Source: Utricularia gibba (Eukaryota > Plantae > Magnoliophyta). Taken from it: DNA of 64,000 bases. Of this stretch, positions 61,425 to 64,000 are shown piece after piece. The position numbers were made by a program, and so were the translations under genes. Position 1 is the first letter of the stretch. The number at the start of each line of letters is the position of its first letter. Below the pieces are notes generated by a model. That model worked only from the letters and a program-made list of their open reading frames with translations, did no database searches and was not told the origin of the DNA. The stretch spans positions 1,488,001-1,552,000 of the forward strand of contig NEEC01000009.1 in the NCBI GenBank assembly GCA_002189035.1. The letters run 5' to 3'.

Positions 61425-63679
61425 TCACATCTTCGATAGAACCTTTTCGATGAGTTCCCTTCTGAGTATCTTCCCTGATGCTGATTTGGGGACGGAGTTT
61501 ATAAACGACACCCTCTTCAGTCTCTTGTACGGCGCCACCTGATTGATACCAAGGAAATTTCAGAGATGGTCGCCGGCGTAGAACATGTCAAAACACAGTT
61601 CATGGCAGAATAGAAGGTAGTGATGGCGAATGTCCTCAAGTGCAAAACACAGTCTTTGGCATGTTAATGAAGCTTTGAGGACATGGGTTGTGGTGTTTCT
61701 GTTTAAAAATCTGGTCTTGGTTCTCGGGAACATTACCTGTTCTGCAATGAACCCCTTGACGCCTTCTTCGGTCAATGAACTTGCCGGGGAACGCACGACG
61801 TACGCGATGGGGACTTCACCCGCTTCTTCATCAGGAAACCTGCAAAGAATGATTGTGGTTTCAGGTCATTGGAATTGCCAATAGCCTCCAAGCTCGATTA
61901 TCGATCATGGCATCAGTTACTTGGGAAGCTATAGCAAAAGCCATTCACATGGAAAAACGCTGACGACTCACGGGATGACAACAGCGTCGAGTATCTCCGG
62001 GTGGGAGATGAGCAGCCCTTCAAGCTCCGCTGGAGCAACCTGAGGAGAAACCAGTTGAGTTTTGTGTGTGTAAACAGATAAATGGAATATTGAATCTGAA
62101 CTATCTTTCTCGTGCTTCCAACTTACCTGGAAACCTTTGTATTTTATGAGCTCCTTTATGCGGTCAACAACATAAAGCTGACCTTCGTCATCGAAGTATC
62201 CCAGATCTCCTGTATGAACCCATCCATGCTTATCTATCATGAGTTTAGTCGCCTGTTCATTGTTAAAATAACCTGCAGAAAGATGTTGGCATTCAAGTTT
62301 TCTTGCCAGGTGATACTTCAAATGGCTCATTTGCTCTTTGCAAGATTTGATTTTTACAGGATATAGTTAGAGAACAGATGGAGGTTTACCTGACAACATA
62401 TTTGGGCCACGCACACATATTTCTCCGACCTGGCCAGGAGGAAGGGGCTTCAGCTTGTCAATGCTCAATATTCTGCATTCCACTCCAGGAACAAGCGTCC
62501 CTGCAGAACCTGAAAATCGAGTCCCCATGTGTGGATTCTCAAGTGAGATGATACCACAGGTTTCAGTCATTCCATAGCCCTGAAAGATGGAGATCCTTAG
62601 GCTCAGAGAATGGTAAGCACATTGTACCATCATAGGAAGTTCATCTTATAGCTAAGCCTAGCTACCTGGCAAACAACAGCTTGAGGGAAGTTCTTTGCAC
62701 ACTCAATCATCAGTTCTCTTCCAAGTGGTGCAGCCCCTGATCCAATCATCTTCAAGGAAGACAGATTATACTTCTTGACTACGCTATTCTTAGCCAGTGC
62801 CAGTATAATCGGGGCACAACGAAGAGATGAGTCACCCTGTGTGCTTCCACTGCCTTTAACATGAGTTCTAAGTCGAACTTCGACATGGAGACAATTGCGT
62901 TGCCACGCTGCAGTTGTGCATACAGGATAACAGAGGCGCCAAAAACATGAAACATAGGCAAAGCACAAAGTAGAACGTTGTGCTTTTCCCCTGCTAGTTC
63001 TTGATCTACAGTAGCCATCAATGAGGAAGAAATGAAATTTCTGTGCGTAAGGATAACACCTTTGCTTTCCCCTGTGGTTCCAGAAGAGTACAATAACACG
63101 GCGGTGTCATCCTGCTTGATTCCATGAGAATTATCTATCAAATCAGCAGACCCTTCATTGTTTACAAGCTTGTGGAACGTAGTGATCCAAGGAATTTTCC
63201 CGATGGGCAGAATCGAATCCTTTCTGGAGCCCAGAATAATCACAGGCAAACCCAAATCTTTGACCTTAGGAAGTAAATTCTCTACAGTAATGACAAGCGT
63301 AGGCTTCGAGTTTTGAACCTGTTTCGATATCTCACCGACGGTATACATGGGGTTAACCGTGGAAACGATAGCCCCAATTGCAACAACGCCATAAAAACAG
63401 ATAGGAAACTGGGCAGAATTGGGGAGAAAAGAAGAAGAACATCATTTTTTTTGACGCCCAGTTGCAGCAATCCAACGGAAGCTCTGGCGACAACAGATTT
63501 GAACTGGGAGAAGGAAAAAACTTCACCAGTATCAAAATCTATAATGGCTGGCTTATCCGAGTAAGAGGATGAGTTTCTGAATAGAAACGAAGCCATTGAA
63601 AGATGGGAGTCCTTGGGGAACAAGACCGGCGGCCTCAACGATCTGTATACCCATCACGACCATACCCAGATTTCTCCAT
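61425..63679 (-). CDS. Peroxisomal 4-coumarate-CoA-ligase-like acyl-activating enzyme (4CLL7/At4g05160-type); three apparent -1 frameshifts
   Basis: [17 protein letters not shown] start; AMP-binding [14 protein letters not shown]; QGYGMTE; HTGDLGYFD; [13 protein letters not shown]; PTS1 SKM*. Confidence 0.9.
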
Positions 63680-64000
63680 ATTCTTGGTTTCCCCGCCCCC
63701 CCCCTGGGAACTTCGTCGGGACTCCCCACAAGGAAGGTGAAGAGATTGGATTGGACTTCTCCACACAAGCAGAAGTTCCTCTCAGAAGGGAATTAAAAAA
63801 TAGTAATGCGAAAACTCCAGATTGATAGCATTAGGCCATTGACCCTTCCCCAGCCACTCAGTAATATGATTTACAATGCACAATGGTTGACCAACATAAT
63901 CTTACAGTCTCAAGAAGGATTTTTTATGTGATTATTACACGATACTCGTTCAACAACAATTGTAGAGTCTCGACCACACACTCGTGTACACATTTTCTGC

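Noticed and set aside
4881-63652. Programmed ribosomal frameshifting as the explanation for the broken ORFs
   Set aside because: I see no shared slippery heptamer or stimulatory structure, the genes are unrelated, and one case is at a splice junction; sequencing error is simpler.
1-64000. CRISPR arrays, tRNA and rRNA genes
   Set aside because: No repeat-spacer array, cloverleaf or rRNA-like sequence seen; this is intron-containing plant nuclear DNA.

Overview
Very gene-dense eudicot nuclear region with about 21 loci in 64 kb. Most introns are about 70-110 nt and no transposon ORF is recognisable. That density fits a miniaturised genome such as Lentibulariaceae, but the species is an inference only. 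Order: BGAL8-like beta-galactosidase(+), ATL RING-H2(+), CCCH/TRM2 tRNA m5U methyltransferase(+), Pro-rich membrane protein(-), PDIL1-4(-), RPL12(-), disrupted S40/DUF584(+), MON1(+), REVOLUTA-like HD-ZIP III(+), ARF10/16-clade ARF(-), GILT(-), UXT transporter(-), DUF707(-), alpha-carbonic anhydrase(-), DUF547(-), ABCG24/28-like(-), CPN60A(+), MIR172(-), SnRK1 beta3(+), HIPP(-), 4CL-like(-). Main observations: (1) the GILT locus has two complete, same-phase first exons, one with a CxxC and one with a CxxS active site, but only one set of downstream exons; (2) the ARF keeps a near-perfect miR160 site while its PB1 domain is a stop-riddled relic; (3) a MIR172 hairpin absent from the ORF track is overlapped by a 59-aa candidate miPEP; (4) a short copy of REV homeobox sequence lies 7.3 kb downstream; (5) two unexplained hairpins sit between DUF707 and UXT; (6) eight single-base losses in five otherwise well-conserved genes most likely reflect assembly error. 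All calls are by eye from the sequence and recalled family motifs; no searches were run.
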